Translations under genes and position numbers: made by a program
NCBI RefSeq assembly: GCF_006345805.1
Contig: NW_021835965.1
Coordinates: 1-64,000 of the forward strand
Length of the DNA stretch: 64,000 nt
From: Octopus sinensis
Taxonomy: Eukaryota
Reading direction: 5' to 3'
Shown: one piece after another, positions 23,820-35,730 of the stretch
How positions within the stretch are numbered: position 1 is the first letter of the stretch
How the letters are laid out: the number at the start of each line of letters is the position of its first letter
Notes under the pieces: generated by a model
Databases searched by the model: none
Seen by the model: only the letters and a program-made list of their open reading frames with translations
What the model was told of the DNA's origin: nothing

Positions 23820-25560
23820 ATATATGTATATGTGCATATAAGCGCATCCAGAAACCATCCAAACTTTATTAAAAGAGGATTAGTACATAGCGTTAGCAAA
23901 ATAATTTTACGCCTCTCCTCTAACCTAGATATCTTCAATAAGTATAAGGATTTCTACAATAGCGCATTCGAAAAAGCAAGGTACGAACAAAAAATTAAAT
24001 ACCTAGACTTAGAACACTATACAAATAACCGGAATAACAATAACGCCCAAGACAATTATCACAACACTAGCCACACTCCAGTCGAAACTAATAACCACAT
24101 TAACAATATGAACAGCATAGATAAGATTAATAACAATGATATCAAAAAAAAAGCTGTAGAAATAATGCTCAGATTCAAACTAAGATAACTAACAACATTA
24201 AAAATGATAATAAAAATAATACTAAAAATGTAAAAAGTAATAAAATTAAGAATACTAACACGACTAACAACAACAACAACAACAACAACAATAATAAAAC
24301 AATAACAACAATAATAATAATACTAATAATAAGATAATAATAATAATACTAATAAGAGAAGAAGAAGAAGAAGAAGGAAGAAGAAGATAAGAAGATAAGA
24401 TAAGAAGATGAAGAAGAAGAAGAAGAAGAACGAAGAAGAAGAAGAAGAAGAAGAAGAAGAAGAAGAAGAAGAGAAGAAGAAGAGAGAAAAAGAAGAAGAA
24501 AAGAAGAAGAAGAAAGAAGAAGAAGAAAGAAGAAGAAGAAGAAGAAAAGAAGAAGAAGAAGAAGAAGAAGAAGAAGAAGAAGAAAAATACAAACAACGAA
24601 CCCCAAAGAGCTAATATAACCCCAGTGAAGATTGATAGCACCAAGCCATATAACTTTAAAAAACCGTACAGAAATAACCCCCAATAAAACCCACACTAAG
24701 AATAATAAAAATAAAAGTAACTATAGAAAGAATATAATAATTATAACAGCAACTTTACACTCTACACAAATACTGAGGACAGCTTCTACACCAAAAATAA
24801 TAATATTAAAAATAAACGAAATAGCGATAAGATCTGGTTAATAATCCCCTACGCGATACAGCCTAAATCTAACATAGTTCACTCCATAATGAGACTTATA
24901 GATAAGCGCTTGAACTTAAATAACAAACACTCAGGAATCTTTAAGAATAAAATTAGAGTAGGTCATATCCTTGTTAGTAACCTAGCTACCATCATAGCCT
25001 CGATCATCAATAATAAGCTAGACGCTTTCTACGAAACTAGAAAAAATACCAGCATAAAACATAACAGTCAAAAAACAAATGGAATTAATCTCGTCCCTAT
25101 TGGCCCACCCGCAAACAACACGAACCTGATAAATAATTACCCATCCTCAACACAACATAAGCACAGATAAACCGAATAATTTTTGTGGTTGCAGATACCG
25201 TAATAAGTACCAATTCTCCAATAGGTGTATAACAAAAAAAACGTAATATACCAATGCGACATACTCACAAATAGCCACACGAAATCTTATGTAGGAGCCA
25301 CGAAAAATGAAATAATACTTAGATAGATTTCCCAACAATCTACATTTAGAAATAGAAGTAAAGCAAACTCTACAGGACTTAGTAGCTACATTTGGGAACT
25401 AAAAGACAAAAAAATCAACTATAGTTTAGAATGGCGTATCCTAGAAAAAGCTTCGTCTTATGCTATTAACAGTAAGCACTGTCAGCTCTGTGAAACAGAA
25501 TAGCTATTAATATTAATGACCAATTCACCTCCACTCAATAAGAAATATTAAAATGATATT
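23820..25560 (+). pseudogene. Decayed Penelope-like element ORF (RT thumb, linker, GIY-YIG endonuclease)
   Basis: HISASRNHPNFIKRGLVHSVSKIILRLSSNLDIFNK; KIWLIIPY...MRLIDKRL...KIRVGH; CGCR...NVIYQCDILTNSHTKSYVGAT...STGLSSYIWELKDKKINYSLEWRILEKA...CQLCETE*LLIL...LNK; contains stops and frameshifts. Confidence 0.9.
24190..24590. repeat. Compound (TAA)n/(CAA)n/(GAA)n microsatellite inside the PLE linker
   Basis: Direct reading. Confidence 0.9.
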
Positions 25561-25802
25561 TTTGTCTGCATAAAGGCAGATTTGTATTCTCTAAGTTTCG
25601 CTAAACTTATAATTCGTTAATGATAATAACTAACTACGTGACTTCGGATTCAACCATCCTCTATTATTGAACTACCCCACAATTATTTTAATGAACTTTG
25701 AACACGACTAAAATGTAAGACGTTCGATCATTGAACTTTTCCTTTCCAATTTCTCCCTCTATCTTTTGCCCTATTCCCCTCTTTGTCTATCTCTGCCTTC
25801 TT

Positions 25803-25882
25803 CGTTCTGATGACGTCTACCATTTGCAACGAGGTAAACACCTGTTTACCTCAACTTTGGTACATAGAAACAGCTGTAAACC
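25803..25882 (+). ncRNA. Degenerate HHR in the PLE 3' region
   Basis: CUGAUGA 25807-25813; inner hairpin gaggtaaac(acct)gtttacctc; GAAAC-AGCU-GUA 25867-25878; helix I gtt/aac. Confidence 0.65.
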
Positions 25883-25991
25883 TACTCACCTTGTTTTATT
25901 AATTAAATAATGGCTTTTTAGCACAACAGACACACTTCTATTTGTTGTTTTTCCTCCCTTTTCAGATCGTATATATATATATATATATAGG

Positions 25992-26165
25992 GAGAATTCA
26001 CGAAAAAAACAAAAGACGAAGACAGGTGGTGCAGAAAACAAACAGATGTATTAGTATAACGCTCTTTTACGTTTCGAGCCTACGCTCTTCCACAGAAAGG
26101 AACACAGAAAGAAACAAGAAGAGAAAAAAATTGTGTGTAGTGGCTATCGATCTATCATGGCGACT
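25992..26165 (-). mobile_element. PLE-type terminus with a minimal HHR-like motif (26064-26099), abutting (TA)n
   Basis: Minus strand: cttt-CUGUGGA-a-gagc(gtag)gctc-GAAAC-GUA-aaag; homologues at 36037-36160 (+) and 54805-54905 (-). Confidence 0.6.
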
Positions 26166-27269
26166 GCCGGACATATACATATACGTATCTACGTGTGTGT
26201 GTCCTTGTGTCTGTTTGTCTCTCACCACCTCTTGACAAACTGTGTTGGTGCGTTCATGTCCCTGTCACCTAGCGGTGTGGCAAAAAACGACTGATACTAC
26301 TAAACTTCAAATAAAAATAAGTACTGGAGTCGATTTTTTCGACTAAAATTCGTCAAGGCGGTGATCCCCTATGGCCGCATTGTGATGATGAAAGAATTAA
26401 AAAAGAATAAAAGAAATAATACGTCTAGAATATTTTATTCATATACTCCTATTTGATAGCTATCTCCGACGGTACATTGTGTCGTTGAGCAAGGCTCTTC
26501 ATTTCAATACATTTCAGTCCACTCAGCCGAAAATGGACACTAGCAACCTCTAGATGGCTACGGATTGTCATCACAACCAAACATTAGCCATGAAGAGAAA
26601 TTCGAGATAAACTCTAGTGTAATGAAGTTATATTGACTACAGGTGTTAAATAATGTATGATTTTATACCTGACAATCTCATTTTATGTCATTAGACGAAC
26701 CGTACCCCATTTATTAAGAAGATATTAGGTTAGTCCACGTTACTCTGCAAGGAGCAGAGGGCCGGTTTCCTGGGGGGGGGGGGTCCAGCGTATATATTCC
26801 CCAGCTAGACGGGACTCCGAGCCGACATAGAATTACTAATTTTTAGCAGTCGCTCCAAGAATCGAAACCACAATCTTACGATCATGATTCCAGCACCCTA
26901 ACCACTAAACCATACACCTTCCACTTAGAGCAACATTGGCATCTTCAATTCTGTTCTTAGTCCAACAATGCATTTCCATTTTGTCTGGCTGACATCTGTT
27001 ACAAGATGGCAGCCGTTCATTGCGTTTGCTTCTAATTTTAGGTTATGTGTGCTGATCTTAGTGCTGCCATTTTGGGATATGTCACTGCTGGTTTAGCTCC
27101 AGAATATTCAAAACCATCACTAAACTCCATGCTATAGGCGTTGACATGCCTGTGTGATTAAAAAGCTCGCTTTGCAAGCAAATGTCCCACTGTATGGCAC
27201 CTTGGGCAATTGTTTTTGCTATAACCCCGAGCAAACGAATGCCTTCCTTGTGAGTGAATTTAGTAGGCA

Positions 27270-27490
27270 AAAACGTTAGCACGCCGGGCGAAATGCTTAG
27301 TGGTATTCCGTCTGCCGCTACGTTCTGAGTTCAAATTCCGCCGAGGTCGACTTTACCTTTCATCTTTTCGGGGTCGATAAATTAAGTACCAGTTACGCAC
27401 TGGGGTCGATATAATTGACTTAATCCGTTTGTCTGTCCTTGTTTGTCCCCTCTGTGTGTAGCCTCTCGTGGGCTGTAAAGAAATAAGAAA
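27270..27490 (+). mobile_element. SINE family C monomer
   Basis: aaacgttagcacgccgggcgaaatgcttag...gggtcgataaattaagtacc...gggctgtaaagaaata. Confidence 0.85.
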
Positions 27491-27859
27491 CCGTCAGAAT
27501 GTCATCGTATGATACTGCACGCACACACACATACATGTATGTATGTATAAGTATATAAATGTGTGTGAGGGTGTATGTGTGTGTATGAGTGTATGTGTCT
27601 AACTATCTGTGTCCTCTACTCCTTTAGACAACTAGTATTGGCTTGTTTACGTCCCCATAAATTAACGGTTTGCCGAAAGAAAAATTAACCGCAGAAGAAG
27701 TAATTAACTTAAATAAATATTGGGGGTCCATTGGTTCGACTAAAAGCCCTTCAAGATGATGCTCGAGCATGGACGTAGTCCAATGGCTGGAACAAGCAGA
27801 AAATAAGTACCGTCTTTATTTTCTTATCAGCAGCTTCGTCCTACAGACCCCATCCAGTG

Positions 27860-27924
<65 letters not shown>

Positions 27925-28286
27925 GTGTGTGTGTGTGTTTGCGTGTGTGTGTCTTTTTAAGCTGTAGAGAGGATTTGGCTGGTAATTCTAGCTGGTCGTG
28001 TGATCAAGAAAAGTGCACTTCCTGGATACATACCTTGTGTATGTATTTCTTTTCAGAAATCTTAAAAGTGGAAGAACCGGAGAACAAAAGTAGCTTGATG
28101 AAAATAGAGGGAGAGATTTGACATATATTTGCTACTCTGAGAATAAGTGAGAGTGGAGCAATAGATCGGGAAGACGACTGCTACTGAGAGAGCATAGGGA
28201 AGAGAGAAGCCAGACGTTGATACTGAAAGAGACAGCAGAAAACTTGAAAGCCATATGTGTGTGTGTATTTATGTATGTATATATAC

Positions 28287-28363
<77 letters not shown>

Positions 28364-28401
28364 TAGTTATATATACAAATATATATATGAACATACATGC
28401 A

Positions 28402-28438
<37 letters not shown>

Positions 28439-30399
28439 TATGTATATATGTGTGTATGTGTGTATGTCTGTGTCTGTGTCTGTGATAGGTAGATATGCAG
28501 ATAGATATATAGATAGATATATACATATATATACATGCATATACATATACAAATGTTAAATGTATGTCGTCTTATGTATGTATATATATATATATATATA
28601 TATATTCATATATATATATATTCATATATATATTTGTATGTATGTATGTATATATGTATGTATATATATATATATGTATGTATCTATGTACATATAAGTG
28701 TATATATGTGTGTGTTAGTTTGTGTATAACTGTAATTGTTATATATATATTTGGCTTTATAAATTCATAGACACACACAGACATACACTCACTGATCATG
28801 TGTAATATATTGATTTCCTTATGTGACTTAATGAATACAGAAGATGATATGTCATGTGACCAACGAGAAAAGTTACAGGTTGTCATTCTGTCTGTTACTG
28901 ATGTTTTAGAAATATGTCATGGCCACCATTTTCTTTTGCTGCCCGTTATACGTTTAGCAAATTTATGCAAAATATTGAGAGAAAATTGGGAAAATAATGA
29001 TAGTCTATTGTTGGTAGGGGCCGCGTATTGACCTCCACGAGTCTACTATTAGACAGAAACGCATTAATCTTTTTATCAATAACCAACGATAAATACGAAG
29101 AAAAACCATACAGAGAAAAAGTGATACGATTTCTGTATAGATATTATTAATACCAAACTATTAAAGCTGGACCATCGACTCGTAAAATGACAGAAGCTCA
29201 TAACCTTTTGTGGAAACAATATAATCTCTTATATCGATAGTAGTACTGGTACTTATTTTTTATCGATTTATGGTAGGATTAAAGACGAAGTTGACTTCGG
29301 TGGCTTTAGAACTCAACTCCGAATGTAGTATTTTATCAAATGTTCAAACTATTGTGCTAATCCAACTTTAAGTTCGTAAATACTTTGATATTGATTTTTG
29401 GATTGATATAACACAGCAGTATACTTCCTTTATTCCGCTCATAAAAATATACTCAAGCAAAATGTGAATTATAGGCAGAGTTTCAAAAGAAAAACCTGAG
29501 TGTAAATTTTTTTGTTGGAAGAGAAAATTTCTTTGGATTTCTGCATTAAACATAGTTATGATTACAACCAATTACAAATGCGGCTAATGAGATGTAAGTA
29601 AGCTACCAGTGTGTATAACGTTTATAATGCGTATACGGCACGGGCTGTGATATTTTGTCTGAAAGAAACTGCTCGGAGGCTTATATGTTGAAAACATAGG
29701 GCTTCGCCAGAACAACGGTGGATCGCCAGATAGTGTTTTAACCTGATTCGGTCTACTCAGATATGAATACCACGGTTGCCTTTTTTTGTTTTGTTTGTTT
29801 TTGACACCAAAGTTTCTCTGAGATAAAATGCAGTTAGCACAAACCACGTTTCTATACACATAACTGTATACACAGCGGTATTTTACTTAAGGCTGTTTTA
29901 AGTGCATATATTAAATTGTATAAGGGATTTTTGAGATATTGTAATTAATTAACAAAGAAACTTCAAATATAATTAAATCAACAAAAATATAATCCAGTAT
30001 AATGAATTCCTTCCGACGTTATATTCATTTCAGAAGACTTCACTTGATATGGGGACGATCTATATGAACGCTGCAGGATCCGGAACTTTGCTGTAGCGTT
30101 TATGTCAATCAATCGTCCGCCATTATTATTTTAAGAATCAATTATAATATTGATTTTTAAAATGGGCACAAGGTCAAAGGGTGTATTTCAGGAGGGCGTA
30201 GTCAATTATATTGTGCAGCACAGAACTACTACTTATGCTAATCTACCAAAATATTAATATTTAACCCTTTAATATTTAAAACCTACTCCATCAATATAAA
30301 AGAGGGACAATATTTGTTGATCTACGTCAGCTTTTTTAAGAGTAAGTGAAGCGTATAAAAGAAATTAAATTCTCATACACACATACATATACTCGAAAT

Positions 30400-31060
30400 T
30401 CATTCATTCATTCGGCTCTCATTGTGCCTTGTGACACTTGAGGCGACAACAAAATCATTCCACCTTCAAACACTGAAAGCATCCGTGACATCTTGTCCCA
30501 TTATCAACCCTCTGCTTTTAAGATCTTTTATTATTGTTCTCTGCCACGTATCCTTTGGTCAGTGACGTCTTCTTTTACCTTGGGGAACCCATTGCAAAGC
30601 GATCCTGATAATTGAATTCGGTTTATAGCGACAAATTCGACCTAGCCATTTCCATCTCCTTGCTACAATAGTTCTCTTATCGGTTTCACCTTAGCCTTGG
30701 TGTGTAGCTGGCCAGTCAAGATCATATTCGGCCATTAAACCTTCAAAATATTTCGGAAACATTTATTTTAAAACACCTCCAATTTCTTTTCAATTCTTTT
30801 GGTTGTTTCCCAACATTCGGATGCATAGAGAGGGATGCCAAGTATGTTGCTTTTGTAAAATCGCAGTCTGGTGCTCTTACTGTGTATTGCTGATTTCCAT
30901 ATTGAGTTTAAGATACCGAATTGGTTGGCTTTGGTGATTCTTGTATTTATTTCATGAATGCAGTCTCCAGCCATTGTTATTTTGGTGCCTAGATAGTTAC
31001 ATTCGTCAACATTTGCGGTTGGTTTTTCGTTCAAAGCCATATGGTCAGCATCTGTTATAT
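30400..31060 (-). pseudogene. RTE-clade LINE 3' fragment (end of RT) with (GAAT)n tail
   Basis: YLGTKIT..EINTRITKANQFGILNSIWKS...STRLRFYKSNILGIPLYASECWETTK; ttcattcattcattc at ~30400. Confidence 0.8.
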
Positions 31061-31456
31061 TTTTACAAAGAGTGTATGTTTTCTTCTCGCTGAAACCTCA
31101 TACTCAAATATAACTGGCACTCCATCGGTTACGATGGCGAGTGTTCAAAGTTGATCCGGTCACGGAACAACCTGCTCGTGAAATTAACGTGCATGTGGTT
31201 GAGCACTCAAACAGACGCGTATTTTTCACGTATATATTTTTTACAGTTCCAGTGTATCTATGTATGTATGTGTTACGTACGTATGTAAGCTAGTGTGTTT
31301 GCACGCGCTCGTGTGTGTGTGCGTGTGCGTTTGTGTGTGTGTGTAATTGAAACGCCAACAGTTCTGCAACAAGCACCGTATATTTACAATTACTTATATT
31401 CAATAGAATTGAGACGTAACAATAGGATTTAGAGTGTTAAACAGGAATATATATGC

Positions 31457-31509
<53 letters not shown>

Positions 31510-31823
31510 ATAATATATATATATATATATGGTGTGTATGACATAGAGAGAGAGAGAGAGAAGAAAGGGAGGCAGAGAGACCAGCCTCTTATCAAGCGGT
31601 TTCAAAAATTAAAGATTTTAATGAGTTCCTTGGAGATACAAAACGACAATGTAAAAGCGAATAAAATATAGGGCTTATCTGAAAACACTTCGTTGTTGTT
31701 GTTGTTTATGCCTAGGGCAACCCTAGATAGAGCAAGAAAATAGATGGGATGATCTCAGCTTAAATGCCTTTGATCATGTATCAGTTCGATGTAGGGAAAC
31801 CTTTGCGGGGAACATTGGAGAAA

Positions 31824-31825
<2 letters not shown>

Positions 31826-31887
<62 letters not shown>
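31826..31887. repeat. (TG)n microsatellite
   Basis: Direct reading. Confidence 0.95.
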
Positions 31888-31891
<4 letters not shown>

Positions 31892-31979
31892 AATAATATC
31901 AGGGTTAGAAAACATGTTTACTACCTGTGGTCTAACGTGTAGAAAAATTAGTCGATAGACTATATATTATTTATATAAA

Positions 31980-32470
31980 TACAGTGTACATTTAAACACA
32001 TAAGAGGGATCCATTATAGGATAACTGGCACGCTAGAAGGAATAGCCAAAATCCAAACCACTGTTAGGGATAAATTCTCGAAGGGAATGAAAAATTAAAA
32101 CATTTAACATCTATCTCCTGTACCATGGTTTCTGACTCTATATTATCAAATATAATAATTTACTAGGTGGAGTCTTCAACAACAAGTACGGCAAAATTAA
32201 ACATATAAATACGAGGCAATCCAGGATGTGCCTCGTGCTTGTATTTATATACTTAATCTTGGCGTACCTGTTGATGAAGACTCCGCTTAGCAAATTATTT
32301 TATTTGCTAATATAGAGTTAGAAACTATGGTCCAGGAGATAGATGGTAAATGTTTTTAATTTTCATTCCCTTCGAAATTTATCCCTAATAGTGGTTTGGA
32401 TTTTGGCTATTCCTTCTAGCGTGCCAGGTATACTATGATAGTTACCTCTTATGTGTTTAAATGTACACTG

Positions 32471-32472
<2 letters not shown>
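31980..32472. mobile_element. Fold-back element (~240-bp diverged arms, almost no spacer) with an HHR motif in each arm, inserted in (TA)n
   Basis: tacagtgtacatttaaacacataagagg... mirrored by ...cctcttatgtgtttaaatgtacactgta; centre ~32223. Confidence 0.9.
32267..32336 (+). ncRNA. Degenerate type I HHR (mirror copy at 32117-32186 on the minus strand)
   Basis: cctg-UUGAUGA-a-gactc..ttagcaaat/atttgctaa..gagtt-a-GAAAC-UAUG-GUC-cagg; the mirror copy has palindromic accatggt and GUA. Confidence 0.6.
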
Positions 32473-32503
<31 letters not shown>

Positions 32504-32508
32504 TATAT

Positions 32509-32548
<40 letters not shown>

Positions 32549-32754
32549 TATATAAAATTAATTAAGGGTAGAAATTGATATTTATCAATAAGACCAGTGG
32601 TCTAGCATATTAAAAAAGAATCCGAAGATTAAAAATATTTATATATACCAATTAAGGACTGAACACGAAAAGATATAGACGTCAAATCGCCATTCACCAC
32701 AAAAGATTATGTTCTCAGATCAAATTCAAAACAATGTTTAAATGTACCCTGTAG

Positions 32755-32804
<50 letters not shown>

Positions 32805-32827
32805 GTCTTCTCTCTCTCTCTCCTCTC

Positions 32828-32859
<32 letters not shown>

Positions 32860-32925
32860 ATATTGAGAGAGAGAGAGAGAGAGATGAATAGATAGATATT
32901 ATATATGTATATGTATATGTGAGTG

Positions 32926-32982
<57 letters not shown>

Positions 32983-33097
32983 TATGTTCTAAATTGAGAA
33001 AACGGCGGATGTAATTGAATCTAAAATGGGATCTTATAGTATAAATCTTTCCATTCACTTTTTGGTTCTCCTTTTTGAAATATAAGAAGATAATCAA

Positions 33098-33335
33098 ATG
33101 CTAGATGATAGGATCATAAACAGAGTTATTATCCGTATCCATAAACAAAGTGATAACAAATAATATTTTAAGTGCTTGGAAATAACGATCTGTTACTTCA
33201 TGATATAAATAACGTAGTAAGTAGAAAGAGATGGTTACTGAAAAGTCAGTCAGTTATCGAAGACTTTTAACACCTCATATAATAAAATTTTTGCACTTGA
33301 GCGAGGTAATAAAACGGTGATGCATCAGAATGAAT
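33098..33335 (+). repeat. Unclassified dispersed repeat (second copy ~41113-41335)
   Basis: Shared ctagatgata..atcataaacagagt...tattttaagtgct...ttatcgaaga...cacttgag. Confidence 0.7.
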
Positions 33336-34395
33336 TGCTCATATTAAAATAGGAGTAATATAACGTATTTATTATCTACGAAATTTACAAATGTAAACCA
33401 TAACATGACTGGTGAGTGTGCATAGTGGTGTGTGTATATAGAAATTTCTTACTAGTGTTCTGGTAGCCATAGTGAAGATTATATTTTTTCTGAGAAGTTC
33501 TAATAAGGCCGAAACATGATCAATATCGTTATCGTTTCTTCTGAAGGTTATATTTAATTTCTCTTTATCACGACTGACACTAGAGACCATAGGCATCTCG
33601 AGCAATCTGACTTTTGACCCTTTAACATGCATATACACTTATATACATCCCTCCATACATACATACAGATAAATATATAGACAGACACACAAACAGGCAG
33701 AGAGACACACAAAGGCAGGCATACAAACAGATAGTTAGCAAGGTAGCTAGAGAGGTAAGTAGGTAGCTAGCTAATACCACTCTATCTGTTAATTAGAGTG
33801 GTACTTGTTAATCTGATAATTACCAAGTACCACTCTATCTGTTAAAGATAGAGTGGTACTTGTGGTTATGTGGGAAAATAGTTTCTACTATTTTAAAGAA
33901 TGCTTTAGCGAGGCCCTTAACATTTAAAGCGAATGGAGGTGTATACCAGAGAATACATCTCCCGCCGCTTTTATTAGGCAAGTTATGGGAGGTATAAGTC
34001 CTAGTGAATGTTAGAGGAGAGTTGGAACGTCAAATGTTAGTATTAGTATTCGTAGATCGAGTGTTGTGCGCGCGTACGACCGTTTCCAGCAGCTACATTT
34101 AATTAAACAATGCAATCATTACATCAATTCAGATGCATGGCTATCCTCAGCTGCATAAATAAATAAATAGAATTTTTTTGATGATCATGAGATTTTTAAG
34201 CAAAAGGACACGAGCAACCTGATTAACAATAGATTAGACCTAAGGGTATCATGCGTACATAGTGTCATACGTACACTTAAATATTTGCGAAATTTGTGTT
34301 TTATAGGTGTTGTGCTTGAACTGGATTGATAGAAACTAACTTTAAAATTTTTCGTGTTGTATCTAATTATACTTACCCTCAAGTATAATATATAC

Positions 34396-34427
<32 letters not shown>

Positions 34428-34428
<1 letters not shown>

Positions 34429-34581
34429 CAACTTATAAACAAGGGCAAAAGAAAAAAATTTCTAATGCCAAATATGCCGAAACTAGACACAAAGTCCATA
34501 ACCATATAATTGGACGTTGTGTCTAGTTTCAGCATATTTGGCATTAGAATTTTTTTTCTTTTGCCCTTGTTTATAAGTTGT
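34428..34581. repeat. Fold-back palindrome (~70-bp arms)
   Basis: acaacttataaacaagggcaaaagaaaaaaa...gtcca / tggac...ttttttttcttttgcccttgtttataagttgt. Confidence 0.9.
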
Positions 34582-34825
34582 TTATAAATTTAACCTTTAA
34601 AGGTATTTTTTAATATGCTGGCCATTGCTAAAAAATTTTTTTTCGAAAAATTTTATCCTATATTAGATGTATATATATATATATATATAAATCGGGTGAT
34701 ATTCAGTTACATGATGAATTCAAGTACATTGCATATAATATAAGCTATATAGTATAGTAAGTTGGTGTGTTGTATGGAGTTACTACCCTATAAATATTCC
34801 TGCCTAGTTAGTCTAACTTCACCAT

Positions 34826-35730
34826 GGTTTTAGTAATTGAACTATTTATTCTATAGTGTTCCACCCTTCTGATCATATTATTATTTTTATAAAAGCCTTT
34901 ATGCAATTAGTTCTCCTAATTATGTACCCCTAGTAAACTATATTATCATGTATGTATTAGCACTGAAAAATTTACAACCTATATTATACCTCTTAGCTTA
35001 TAATTAATATATAATTAGTATGTTTTATCGCCCAGGTAGTCCATTAGTAATTACTTAGATCATTTTTATAGTTACCACCCTAATAAGTAAATAATTAAGT
35101 ATAATGATAAAATATTAAACTAATTTTATGTAGTCTTCTCTTTCTATTGTTGATAATATGGTATATATACTTCATCATGGTTTTAGGGATTAAACTGTTT
35201 ACCCTTTCTATGGTGTTCTACCCTACTGATCATATTATTATTTTATAATAGCCTTTATGTAAGTAGACCTCCTAATTTTTTACCCTTGAAATTTATATTA
35301 ACTTGTATATAATAGAACCGGTAACCTCACAACTTATAATATACCTCTTAACTTATTATTAATATGTAGTTAGCATGCACGCCGGGCGAAATGCGTAGCC
35401 GTATTTCGTCTGCCGTTACGTTCTGAGTTCAAATTTCGCCGAGGTCGACTTTGCCTTTCATCCTTTCGGGGTCGATAAATTAAGAACCAGTTACGCACTG
35501 GGGTCGATGTAATCGACTTAATTCGTTTGTCTGTCCTTGTTTGCCCCTCTGTGTTTAGCCCTTATAGTTAGCATGTTCTATCGCCCCAGTATTCTTTTAG
35601 TAAACACCAGTGATCAGTCTTTATAAATACCATCTAATAAGTAAATAATTAAGTATATGAATTAATATTAAACTAACTCTATGTAATTTTTATTTTCTCT
35701 CTATTGTTGAACATTTTGGTATATATTCAA
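34826..35730. repeat. Old tandem duplication of a ~345-bp AT-rich unit
   Basis: cttcaccatggttttag at 34826 and cttcatcatggttttag at 35171, colinear through ctattgttga...ggtatata. Confidence 0.75.
35378..35564 (+). mobile_element. 5'-truncated SINE family C with 11-bp TSD
   Basis: TSD tagttagcatg at 35367-35377 and 35565-35575. Confidence 0.9.

Noticed and set aside
24264-24696. Long low-complexity ORFs (also 55498-56117, 56844-57510 and similar)
   Set aside because: They are translations of microsatellites.
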